Made by a program: the position numbers and the translations under genes. Below, one piece after another: positions 29,294-38,401 of a DNA stretch of 57,600 nucleotides (position 1 is the first letter of the stretch; every line of letters starts with the position of its first letter). The notes beneath the pieces are model-generated. The model ran no database searches. It was not told the DNA's origin and worked only from the letters and a program-made list of their open reading frames with translations. Where the stretch lies: assembly GCA_900314465.1 (NCBI GenBank), contig OMVK01000017.1, forward strand, positions 1-57,600, written 5' to 3'. This stretch comes from an uncultured bacterium (GTDB lineage Bacteria; Bacillota_I; Bacilli_A; RF39; UBA660).

Positions 29294-30364
29294 TTACATT
29301 GTCTTAAATATATCTTTACGTTTAACAACAAGTAATACTGCTGCACAAATAGCTGCAACAATACCAAATTCTACAATATGACTTGAAACACCAGTTTTTG
29401 GTGAAACAACACATTTAGACTCACTTGTTACATCTGGAATTAGTTTACAAGAAGAATCTTGTTTACCAACTTCAGTCCAAGTATATTTTCCACTGCAATC
29501 ATAGCAAGCATGTTTAGTACATTGAGATTCAGTTGTAATTGATGTATCAGGTTTACATGTGTTTGTATCTACATTAGAACCATCTGACCAAGTATAACTT
29601 CCATCTGTACATACATAACATTGTAATGATGGAACAGTTTTTTCATGGCAATCAGCAGTCTTATTGAAGTATAGCATAGGCATTACTGCATATGTATCAT
29701 CAAAATCGTCTTCATTTATTTGAACTAATTTTGCATTAGTTACACTTGCTGCACCAGTAGTATAACTAAATGTTACAGCCCATATTTTTCCATTTTCTTC
29801 AGTACTAGTGACAAAACCACTAACTTTTCCTTTTGCTGAACCACTTAGAGCATCACCGATAGTCTGGAAAATAGAACCAAGAGTTATATATGTTGAACCA
29901 TCTTGTGAAAGTATTTGTTTATCTACATCAATTGTATATGAAGTAGCACTTTCTTCTTTAGCATCAAATAATTTTATAGCTTCATCTTTGGAAATCATAG
30001 TTGCATTTTGATAATCTTGTACATAATCATTTCCTTCTTCTGATGTACCAGCTGTTATTTTATACTTATCAGTCATTAAGGTTACTAATGTTTTATTTGC
30101 AAGTGAATAATCAGATGATGAACCAATAATGCTATAAGCAAAAGTATATACAAACTTATCAGTAGCACCTTTGTCTTCCATAATTAGACCAGTAACACCA
30201 CCGCCACCACGAGCTTGTTCCTCTGCTTGATTTACATAGAAATTTACTTGTTGGCCAGTGCTATAAGTATAATAATTTGTAGACTCTGTTAATGCTGATA
30301 CACTAGCAAATGGTAATACAACAGCAGCAACAGTTGCTAAAATCTTCATGAACTTGTTTTTCAT
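29294..30364 (-). CDS. Cell-wall-anchored surface protein with an SPKTG sorting signal and tandem 4-Cys repeats
   Basis: 356 aa. AGGAGGAG RBS. Signal peptide MKNKFMKILATVAAVVLPFASVSA. C-terminal SPKTG (29390-29404) + hydrophobic FGIVAAICAAVLLVV + KRKD. Two repeats of about 35 aa with C-x2-C...C...C spacing. Confidence 0.8.
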   Translation of the reverse strand: MKNKFMKILATVAAVVLPFASVSALTESTNYYTYSTGQQVNFYVNQAEEQARGGGGVTGLIMEDKGATDKFVYTFAYSIIGSSSDYSLANKTLVTLMTDKYKITAGTSEEGNDYVQDYQNATMISKDEAIKLFDAKEESATSYTIDVDKQILSQDGSTYITLGSIFQTIGDALSGSAKGKVSGFVTSTEENGKIWAVTFSYTTGAASVTNAKLVQINEDDFDDTYAVMPMLYFNKTADCHEKTVPSLQCYVCTDGSYTWSDGSNVDTNTCKPDTSITTESQCTKHACYDCSGKYTWTEVGKQDSSCKLIPDVTSESKCVVSPKTGVSSHIVEFGIVAAICAAVLLVVKRKDIFKTM

Positions 30365-30451
30365 AATTCTCTCCTCCTATTATTTTATATTTTAAATATA
30401 GCACAACTAAAATAAATAATCTATATAATTTTACAATTTAACATTATTAGA

Positions 30452-30481
30452 CAAAAAAACACTCATAAGTTTTATGAATGC
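30452..30481 (-). terminator. Rho-independent terminator after pnp
   Basis: Minus strand CAUUCAUAA-AAC-UUAUGAGUG (one G-U pair) followed by U7 (plus-strand A-run 30453-30459). Confidence 0.7.
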
Positions 30482-30492
30482 TTTTTAAATAA

Positions 30493-32691
30493 CTATTTAC
30501 TAGCTTCTTCTTCTTTTTTACTTTCTTTTTTAACAGGTTTAGGTAAACATGCTTTTCTTGAAAGATTTAATCTACCATGATTATCATATCCAAGTGATTC
30601 AACCATGATTTCATCGCCAACTTTTAAGACATCAGATGCTTTATCTACATGTTCATAAGCAATTTGTGATACATGTACAAGTCCTTGACATCCACTCCAA
30701 AGTTCAACATATGCACCATAATCTTCAACTTTAACAACTTTACCAATATATTGTTTACCTGTTTCAACTTCACGTACAATATCTTTAATCATCTTAGCAG
30801 CTTTATCAATAACTTCTTTATCTATATGATAAATAACAACTTGTCCATTTTCTTCAACATCAATCTTAACTGCATTAGGATCTTGTACACTCTCAACATT
30901 TGAAGATTTTAATATGATATTAGTAATAGTATCTCCACCTTTACCAATAACATCTTTAATCTTTTCTGGTTTAATCATAAATGTTTCAATCTTAGGAGCA
31001 TATTTAGATACTTCTTTTCTAGGTTCGGGTATTACACTAGTCATTACATCAAGTATTTGAAGTCTTGCTTTTTTAGCTTGTTCAAGTGCTTCTTTTAAGA
31101 TATCTTTAGTAATTCCTTTTACTTTAATATCCATTTGTAAGGAACAAATACCTTTTTTAGTACCACCAACCTTAAAGTCCATATCTCCTAAATGATCTTC
31201 CATACCTTGGATATCTGTTAATACGGTATATGGATGATCTTTATCTAAATGATCAGGGTCTGATGAGATAAGTCCCATTGCAATGCCAGCAACTGGTGCT
31301 TTTATTGGAACACCAGCAGCCATTAAACTCATACAACCAGCACAAATTGTTGCTTGACTTGATGAACCATTTGATTCAAGTATTTCTGATACAACTCTAA
31401 CAGTATAAGGAAATTCTTCTTCAGATGGCATTACTTGCTTTAAACATCTTTCACCTAATGCACCATGACCAATTTCTCTTCTACCTGGTGAACCATATCT
31501 ACCTGTTTCACCAACTGAAAATGCTGGGAAGTTATAATGTAACATAAAATGTTTTTCAGCTTCTAATGATAATCCATCTAATTCTTGATATTCATTTAAA
31601 GCACCTAATGTAGTAACAGCAAGTGCTTGTGTCTCACCACGTGTAAATAATGCAGAACCATGAGTTCTTGGAAGTAAATCAATTCTTGCAGAAAGTGGTC
31701 TAATTTCATCCATTTTACGTCCATCAGCTCTTAAATGCTCATTAACTGTTATTGATCTAAATAAATCATATTCAATTTGATCAATAACTAATTTAACTTT
31801 AGTAAGTAAGACATTTAAATCATCATCATCTAAATCGCTATTTTCTTCACTATATTTATTAACAATTTCTTCTTGAATTGCAGTTAGAGCATCATTTCTT
31901 TCAACTTTTCCTTTAAGTCTTAAAGCTTTATCTATTCTATCTGAAGCTAGTTTTTTAATTTCTTCTTTTAATTTATCCTCGATAACTAAGTGTTCATATT
32001 CCATCTTTGGTTCACCAATTTCACTTATAATCTTTTCTTCAAATCCACATAATTTTTTAACAGCTTCATGTCCAAACATTAAAGCATCTAACATATCACT
32101 TTCAGATACTTCTTTAGCACCGGCTTCAACCATATTGATTGCATATTTAGTACCAGCTACAGTTAAATCAATATCTGATTCATCTAATTGGGCAGGTGTT
32201 GGATTAATAATAAATTCTCCATTAACTCTTCCTACTTTAACACCAGCAATAGGTCCATTAAATGGAATCTTAGATATAGATGTACATAATGATGAACCAA
32301 GCATAGCAGTAAGTTCTGGTGAATTATCAGTATCAACAGATAAAACTGTATTAACTATTTGTACTTCATTACGAAAATCATCAGGGAATAATGGTCTCAT
32401 TGGTCTATCAATCATACGAGCAGCAAGCGTTGCCGAATCTGTTGGTCTACCTTCTCTCTTAATGAAACCACCTGGTATTTTACCAACTGAATATAATTTT
32501 TCTTGATATAAAACCATTAATGGGAAGAAATCAGATAAAATATCAGCTGAATCTCCTACACATACTGTCGATAATACAACAGTATCACCATATCTAACCA
32601 AAACTGCACCATGAGCTTGTTTAGCAAGTTCACCGTGTTCTACAACTATCTTTTTACCATAAAAATCTAATTCAAAAACTTTCTTTTCCAT
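30493..32691 (-). CDS. pnp: Polyribonucleotide nucleotidyltransferase (PNPase)
   Basis: 732 aa. Two RNase PH domains, KH (GKGGDTITNI) and S1 (GKVVKVEDYGAYVEL) domains. Confidence 0.97.
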   Translation of the reverse strand: MEKKVFELDFYGKKIVVEHGELAKQAHGAVLVRYGDTVVLSTVCVGDSADILSDFFPLMVLYQEKLYSVGKIPGGFIKREGRPTDSATLAARMIDRPMRPLFPDDFRNEVQIVNTVLSVDTDNSPELTAMLGSSLCTSISKIPFNGPIAGVKVGRVNGEFIINPTPAQLDESDIDLTVAGTKYAINMVEAGAKEVSESDMLDALMFGHEAVKKLCGFEEKIISEIGEPKMEYEHLVIEDKLKEEIKKLASDRIDKALRLKGKVERNDALTAIQEEIVNKYSEENSDLDDDDLNVLLTKVKLVIDQIEYDLFRSITVNEHLRADGRKMDEIRPLSARIDLLPRTHGSALFTRGETQALAVTTLGALNEYQELDGLSLEAEKHFMLHYNFPAFSVGETGRYGSPGRREIGHGALGERCLKQVMPSEEEFPYTVRVVSEILESNGSSSQATICAGCMSLMAAGVPIKAPVAGIAMGLISSDPDHLDKDHPYTVLTDIQGMEDHLGDMDFKVGGTKKGICSLQMDIKVKGITKDILKEALEQAKKARLQILDVMTSVIPEPRKEVSKYAPKIETFMIKPEKIKDVIGKGGDTITNIILKSSNVESVQDPNAVKIDVEENGQVVIYHIDKEVIDKAAKMIKDIVREVETGKQYIGKVVKVEDYGAYVELWSGCQGLVHVSQIAYEHVDKASDVLKVGDEIMVESLGYDNHGRLNLSRKACLPKPVKKESKKEEEASK

Positions 32692-32704
32692 AACATTCCT
32701 TTCT

Positions 32705-32734
32705 TAAAAAAAAGAGACACTTAAAACAAGTGCC
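32705..32734 (-). terminator. rpsO-pnp intergenic hairpin (terminator or attenuator / processing site)
   Basis: Hairpin 32716-32734 (7 bp including one G-U), immediately after the rpsO stop. Followed on the minus strand by U8 (plus-strand A-run 32706-32713). Confidence 0.6.
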
Positions 32735-33003
32735 TACTTTCTTAAACCTAATTTTTTAATAACGTCTCTATATGAATTAATATCGTTAGTCTTAAGATAA
32801 TCAAGTAAACTTCTTCTTTGACCAACCTTCATAAGAAGACCTCTCTTAGAATGATAATCATGAATATGATATTTTAAGTGTTCAGTAAGTTCATTAATTT
32901 CTTCAGTTAAGATAGCAATTTGAACTTCAGTAGAACCAGTATCTTTTTCATTCTTACCAAATTCTTTAACTAATTCAGCTTTTCTTTCTTTTGAAACAGC
33001 CAT
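32734..33003 (-). CDS. rpsO: 30S ribosomal protein S15
   Basis: 89 aa. [42 protein letters not shown]. Confidence 0.97.
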   Translation of the reverse strand: MAVSKERKAELVKEFGKNEKDTGSTEVQIAILTEEINELTEHLKYHIHDYHSKRGLLMKVGQRRSLLDYLKTNDINSYRDVIKKLGLRK

Positions 33004-33092
33004 AACATTTCCTCCTTTACAATAATAAACCGTTTAAACTTAGTAAGAATCCAGAGGTAGTTCAAACCAAGTAAAAACTTTTTACGTCTTTG

Positions 33093-33121
33093 ATTATATC
33101 GATGAAAAAACTATTTGTCAA
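33093..33121 (-). promoter_or_regulatory. Consensus SigA promoter of rpsO
   Basis: Minus strand TTGACA (33121-33116), 17 nt, TATAAT (33098-33093). Leaves a leader of roughly 80 nt before the rpsO ATG. Confidence 0.8.
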
Positions 33122-33159
33122 TCAAATATCAGTATATTTTCTTATATACCTATTAAAGA

Positions 33160-34416
33160 TTAATTTCTAATTCTTTTTTTATTATTATTTTTAAATTTCT
33201 TATTAATAATATTAGGTATATTACTCCAATCATCAGTTTGTAATCCATCATAATCTTCGGCTTTTGGACCATATAAGATAGTGAAAATTCCACTTTCATT
33301 AGCAGGTCTAATATGCCTTAATTCGTTATCAATAAATACATCATATTTTTGCTCTTTTAAGAATTCATATTTATCATAGAAACCTAAATTAATATTACTA
33401 TAATTAACATTATTCTTTTCAAAATATTCAGCTAGATTCTTATCTAAAGAAGCATATTTATCAATAGGTCTTGCGCTCAATAAATCAACAACGTAATTAT
33501 TATCTAAAAGTTTATCTAATGCATCGCTTACTCCATCTTTAACTTGACCATAGGCCATTTTATCACGATATTCACTCCAAAATAATGAAAGTTCAAGGTC
33601 TCCCCAAGAGTAATTCTTATTTCTATCAATTTCTGGATGTTCATCAAGAAATACATTCCAATAATAATCTTCAAGTTCTTTAGTAGATAAAATAGTATCA
33701 TCTATATCAACAGCAATCTTAATCTTAGAATCATATTCTTTTTTAACATCTTTTAATCTCTTTAGTTCACTTCTAACAAAAATTACAGTTTCATTAATAG
33801 CTTTATCAATAGATGCATCATCGAAATAAATTGATTCAGGAACATCATCACTCATAGTTAGGATAGTATTATCATAATTAATCGTTCCATGGTCACCAAA
33901 TAAACCGTTCTTATCTATTTCTTTTAATTTATCTATATCTAAATTGAATTTTTCATAATATGAATAATCGGTTGGTAAATAGTCTAAGTCATACTTCTTA
34001 GCAAGTCTCTTTTGCATTTTTATTCGTTCATAATAACTTGTATAATCTTCATCTTTTACTAAGTTACCATTATTATCTATTAAATAATGTATTCCATCAA
34101 TTTTCTTTTCATACCTTTTATCAATATTAGTTTTCCAATATTGATCAACTATTAAATGAATTAAATATCCAAAATAAAATGGATTATTCATTTTATCATA
34201 ATATTTAATATAAAAATGCTCATAGTCATTTGCTTGCCCTGATTTAATTCTAAAATCCCAAAAATGTGATAAATATTTATCTTTTATTACTGAATCTTCA
34301 GGAACATTTCTCCAACAATCAGGTGCAATTGTTCCAACCCTTAATAATTTTTCATCAAAATTATAATCTTCATTTATTATTTTAGCAATTGTTTCATGTA
34401 CTCTACAAGCTGGCAT
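33160..34416 (-). CDS. Fusion protein: PLC-like metal-hydrolase N-domain + HAD-superfamily 5-prime(3-prime)-deoxyribonucleotidase-like C-domain
   Basis: 418 aa. AGGAGGTG RBS. N-half is paralogous to 7359-8006 (VHETIAKII..VGTIAPDCW..NNPFYFGYLIHLIVDQYW). C-half has HAD motif I IAVDIDDTIL and an NT5C-like layout. Confidence 0.6.
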   Translation of the reverse strand: MPACRVHETIAKIINEDYNFDEKLLRVGTIAPDCWRNVPEDSVIKDKYLSHFWDFRIKSGQANDYEHFYIKYYDKMNNPFYFGYLIHLIVDQYWKTNIDKRYEKKIDGIHYLIDNNGNLVKDEDYTSYYERIKMQKRLAKKYDLDYLPTDYSYYEKFNLDIDKLKEIDKNGLFGDHGTINYDNTILTMSDDVPESIYFDDASIDKAINETVIFVRSELKRLKDVKKEYDSKIKIAVDIDDTILSTKELEDYYWNVFLDEHPEIDRNKNYSWGDLELSLFWSEYRDKMAYGQVKDGVSDALDKLLDNNYVVDLLSARPIDKYASLDKNLAEYFEKNNVNYSNINLGFYDKYEFLKEQKYDVFIDNELRHIRPANESGIFTILYGPKAEDYDGLQTDDWSNIPNIINKKFKNNNKKRIRN

Positions 34417-34481
34417 ATTATCACCTCCTTTTCTGTACGTATATTTAACAATATTATTAAAAACATGTCAAACAAAAAATG

Positions 34482-35096
34482 TTATCTATTCTTTATAACA
34501 TTTTTATTATTAAGATACATTTCTTTAGTTAAATAATATTGATAATCTTCAACAGGTTCTGAAACATAAGTATATTCAACCATTTTATTTTTATTTAGTC
34601 TTTCAAACCCAAAACCTTCCATTATCATCCATGATGCCGGATTAATAGTTGCAGCTTCTGTTCTGATTTCCTCAATATCACATTCATTAAACATATAATC
34701 CATCATAGCAAAGGCTGCTTCTCTTCCATATCCATTACCTTTATATTTAGGGTCTATATACCAACCAACACCACGAATGCATGAATCATCTATAGATTTA
34801 TCTTCATCTTTTGCTTCATGACATGAAACTCTTCCTATACATTTACCATTTTCTTTAAGAAATACACTCCATCTAAACACATCTAAATCATTAGCATGTT
34901 CCATATCTTTTTCATAAAATTCTTTTTGCTTATCCCAATCAAATAATTTATCAGCATATTTCTTTGGAACAGTTAAATAATATTTATTAACATCAGGTAT
35001 CAATAACAAACTCCATAAATATTTTTGTTCATCCATTGTTTGTGCTTTTAATATCAATCTATCAGTTTCAATAGTTTTACTTCCCAAATATTTCAT
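34482..35096 (-). CDS. GNAT family N-acetyltransferase (RimJ/RimL-like)
   Basis: 204 aa. IETDRLILK start typical of the Acetyltransf_3 subfamily. VGWYIDPKYKGNGYGREAAFAMMDYMF acetyl-CoA loop. Confidence 0.85.
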   Translation of the reverse strand: MKYLGSKTIETDRLILKAQTMDEQKYLWSLLLIPDVNKYYLTVPKKYADKLFDWDKQKEFYEKDMEHANDLDVFRWSVFLKENGKCIGRVSCHEAKDEDKSIDDSCIRGVGWYIDPKYKGNGYGREAAFAMMDYMFNECDIEEIRTEAATINPASWMIMEGFGFERLNKNKMVEYTYVSEPVEDYQYYLTKEMYLNNKNVIKNR

Positions 35097-35348
35097 ACAA
35101 TCACTTTCCTAAAAATAACATTCCAAATATATATAACAACATTTTAATATTCCTCATATTCATATATACCTTTATAAATAAAATTAATTATTAAAAAATC
35201 TAATGCTTATTTCCAAAAATTTTTATTATAGTTTCATAGAATTTGTTTTTCTTTTATTCATATGCAATTGTTCTCAATAAAAATTAAAAATATTATTTGT
35301 ATATCTTATATTCATATTATAATCACCACAAAAGCGTCAAATATCATT

Positions 35349-35540
35349 TTAATTATTATTTATTGATTTTTTATAATCATTATACAAAACATCAATTTGT
35401 GGCTTTAATTCTGGAAAAGTATTACAAATACTTATATACGCACAATCAATATATTGTTCATTATCGAGATTATTTAATTGTATTTTTATTCTATTATCAA
35501 AAATATCTATTAAATCACTAGGGTTCATAATGATAATCAT
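35349..35540 (-). CDS. Small hypothetical ORF, possibly a remnant
   Basis: 63-aa ORF with no convincing RBS. Lies +1 relative to an open stretch continuing from the upstream gene. Confidence 0.25.
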   Translation of the reverse strand: MIIIMNPSDLIDIFDNRIKIQLNNLDNEQYIDCAYISICNTFPELKPQIDVLYNDYKKSINNN

Positions 35541-35616
35541 AATTAAATTCTTTAGCTAAATCGTTTATTTTATTAAGTAAATTTGGATGTAAATAAACTA
35601 ATCTATCAAATTCATG

Positions 35617-36108
35617 CTAACTAAATTCTTTATTCATTTTATTTTTATAAAATCTAATTTTATCTAAAACATATGAACCATCTTGTGAATAATTAGCTGG
35701 TTTATTAGGATATCTATATATATTAAGTAATCCATCTTTCTCAGCTTTGAGTAAACCATCATAGACATTTTCACAATATTCTTCACTAATAACATCAACT
35801 GGAACTTCAGATACAACTTCTGAAAAAACAGTATGAATATCTTTGAATGTTTCATCTGATACCGTATATATTGAAGAACTATTTGAAAACATTTTTTCAA
35901 ATGCACCTGGTATTTTTTCTACCAAATTCCAAGGATTATTTTTGCCAATACGGCCTAAACCATATGTTAAATCATCACCACATTTACTACTAAAAACTAA
36001 AGCTAATACTTTTTCAGGAGTAGCATATACATAAACTCCGTGTGTAGATTTTCTTGGCTCAAGTCTTTTAAGTCCGTGTTCTCTACTTCCATGATATAAA
36101 ATTTTCAT
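35617..36108 (-). CDS. Hypothetical protein (N-terminal LYHGS...GVYVYAT pattern)
   Basis: 163 aa. GGAGATG RBS. No family recognised with confidence. Confidence 0.55.
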   Translation of the reverse strand: MKILYHGSREHGLKRLEPRKSTHGVYVYATPEKVLALVFSSKCGDDLTYGLGRIGKNNPWNLVEKIPGAFEKMFSNSSSIYTVSDETFKDIHTVFSEVVSEVPVDVISEEYCENVYDGLLKAEKDGLLNIYRYPNKPANYSQDGSYVLDKIRFYKNKMNKEFS

Positions 36109-36328
36109 ATCATCATCTCCACATTAATTATATCATCAAGCTAATATACTCTATCAATAATCATATCATCAAAAAAATATTTGATAATATATTCATTATC
36201 TTGTCTACAAATTACTATTTCTATTGTATTATTCTCTTATATAATTCATTTCCAACATATATAAAACAAAAACTAATTAAGATAAAAATTCATCTACATA
36301 ATATCTTATTTTCCAATATTTATTCTAT

Positions 36329-38401
36329 CTACGGTATATATGTCTCTACTTTTAATTTATTATTATTAATTTTTACCATAATACTTCCATCTTGGTCTGT
36401 CCTAAGAATCTTACTATTCTTTAATATATCTAATGCACTATCTTTTGGATGACCATATCTATTATTCTTACCAACAGATATTATCGAATATTTAGGTTTC
36501 ATTTTATTAATAAAACATTCACTACTACTTGTATCTGAACCATGATGCCCTACTTTATAAAAATCTATATTACTAATATTATATTTATTTAATATATCTT
36601 TTTCTCTAGATACTCCAGCATCTCCCATATACATAAACTTATAATTAAATAATTTAAAATATAAAACATTAGAATTATCATTTTCATTATCATATAAATT
36701 AGTATCTAAAAAATATATATTAATATTTTCATAATTAATTTTATTTATATTATTATAATATTTAATATGTTTATTGTTTAATTTATTTATCAAAGATGCT
36801 TCTAAATCATTATAACTATCTTTATTTAAAATAACTTTATTTACTTTAAAATTATCTATTAAATGTATAGATTCACCCATATGATCATAGTCTCCATGAG
36901 TAAGTATTAAATAATTTATCTTACTTATTCCCATACTCTTTAATAATTTAATCGTATTATCTGTATAATAATATTCTTTTTTCTTTTTCCACTCATCACT
37001 CACATAACTTGTTTTACCACCAGTATCAATCATAATTACATTACCTTTATGTATAATAAGTGATGAATCACCCTGTTTAACATCTAGATAATAAAAATAA
37101 TAATTATTATCTATTAAATAACTATATTTAATGCCTACTAAAGATAATAATATTATTAATAATATCTTCTTATTATACGTATTAAAAAATATATATACTA
37201 ATATGTAATAAATAATAATATATATAATATTTAATTTAGGAATAATAATCTTATATACAAGCAAATACTTACATATATAATTAAGTATATTAATTAATAT
37301 TAAATATATACTATCTAAAGGTTTTATTATTAATACAAGTAAACTTAATGGATAATATATAAAACTTATTAATGGTACGATTAATATATTATTAAATATA
37401 GATAAGATATTTATTTCATAATTAGTATTAATAGTAATAGGTAAACTAAATAATAAAGCTATCAAAGATATTTTAATAGATTTCATAATATAATTACCTT
37501 TAATTAATTTACTATATCTAATTAATGCATAAGATATAATACTTGAATATAAAAATCCTATATCAAATAATAAATTAAAATTAATAAGTAAAAGTATAAT
37601 AATAGTTATATAAAATATTTTAATAGTATCTAAATAGAAATCATATTTCTTATTAAAATATAAACATATATATAAAGTTACACTTCTTAATATAGATGAT
37701 GCATAATTAGTAATAAATAGATAGAATAATAAGGATATAATAATACATATATAACTTATATTATCTTTAACATGTAATTTATTTAATATCTTATAAATAA
37801 TTAAAGAAAGAATAGATATATGCATACCTGAAATAGAAAATACATGTATAACTCCAGCATCTTGAAGTGATTCATACAAATTATCATCAAGCATACTTTT
37901 ATTACCAATAATAAACATATTTAAATAATCTTTAGTTTTAAAGTTATTAATATACTTAATAAGCATATTTTTTAATATATAAAATATATTAGTATTATTG
38001 TTAATAACTTTATAATTATTAACATTCATAACATAATATATATTCTTATGTTTTAAATAATTCTTATAATTAAAAGTATTAGGTATTGTATTATTACTCG
38101 GTATAGATAACTCACCATTTATTTTTAAAATAATACCTAAATCTAAATTACTTAAATAATTTTTTTCTTCAATAGTTTTAATGTAATAAATACATTTAAC
38201 TTTTTCTCTACCATTTATAATAAAACTAAACTTATCACCATCTATTTTATACTCAAGTAACTTACCTTCTATAATATTATCATTAATATTATATTTAGAT
38301 TTATAATCCATTAAAGATAATATATAACTACATATAATAACTATTATTAATATAATAAGTAAAATATTAGTTGACTGTAATATAGTCTTTAATCTTTGCA
38401 A
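36329..38401 (-). CDS. comEC: DNA internalisation competence protein ComEC/Rec2 with C-terminal metallo-beta-lactamase domain
   Basis: 690 aa. TTG start (38399-38401) with GGAGAAG upstream, overlapping comEA by 35 nt. Multi-TM competence domain (GVIHVFSISGMHI). MBL motif LILTHGDYDHMGE and GHHGSDTSS. Confidence 0.9.
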   Translation of the reverse strand: MQRLKTILQSTNILLIILIIVIICSYILSLMDYKSKYNINDNIIEGKLLEYKIDGDKFSFIINGREKVKCIYYIKTIEEKNYLSNLDLGIILKINGELSIPSNNTIPNTFNYKNYLKHKNIYYVMNVNNYKVINNNTNIFYILKNMLIKYINNFKTKDYLNMFIIGNKSMLDDNLYESLQDAGVIHVFSISGMHISILSLIIYKILNKLHVKDNISYICIIISLLFYLFITNYASSILRSVTLYICLYFNKKYDFYLDTIKIFYITIIILLLINFNLLFDIGFLYSSIISYALIRYSKLIKGNYIMKSIKISLIALLFSLPITINTNYEINILSIFNNILIVPLISFIYYPLSLLVLIIKPLDSIYLILINILNYICKYLLVYKIIIPKLNIIYIIIYYILVYIFFNTYNKKILLIILLSLVGIKYSYLIDNNYYFYYLDVKQGDSSLIIHKGNVIMIDTGGKTSYVSDEWKKKKEYYYTDNTIKLLKSMGISKINYLILTHGDYDHMGESIHLIDNFKVNKVILNKDSYNDLEASLINKLNNKHIKYYNNINKINYENINIYFLDTNLYDNENDNSNVLYFKLFNYKFMYMGDAGVSREKDILNKYNISNIDFYKVGHHGSDTSSSECFINKMKPKYSIISVGKNNRYGHPKDSALDILKNSKILRTDQDGSIMVKINNNKLKVETYIP

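Noticed and set aside
29808-32506. Plus-strand ORFs 29808-30011, 30673-30903 and 32135-32506.
   Set aside because: They are antisense to the surface-protein gene and to pnp, with no start context. Shadow ORFs.
35297-36452. ORFs 35297-35521 (+), 35664-35906 (-), 35843-36034 (+) and 36201-36452 (+).
   Set aside because: They overlap the better-supported minus-strand ORFs or AT-rich intergenic DNA. Tyr/Ile/Leu/Phe-rich translations, no RBS.
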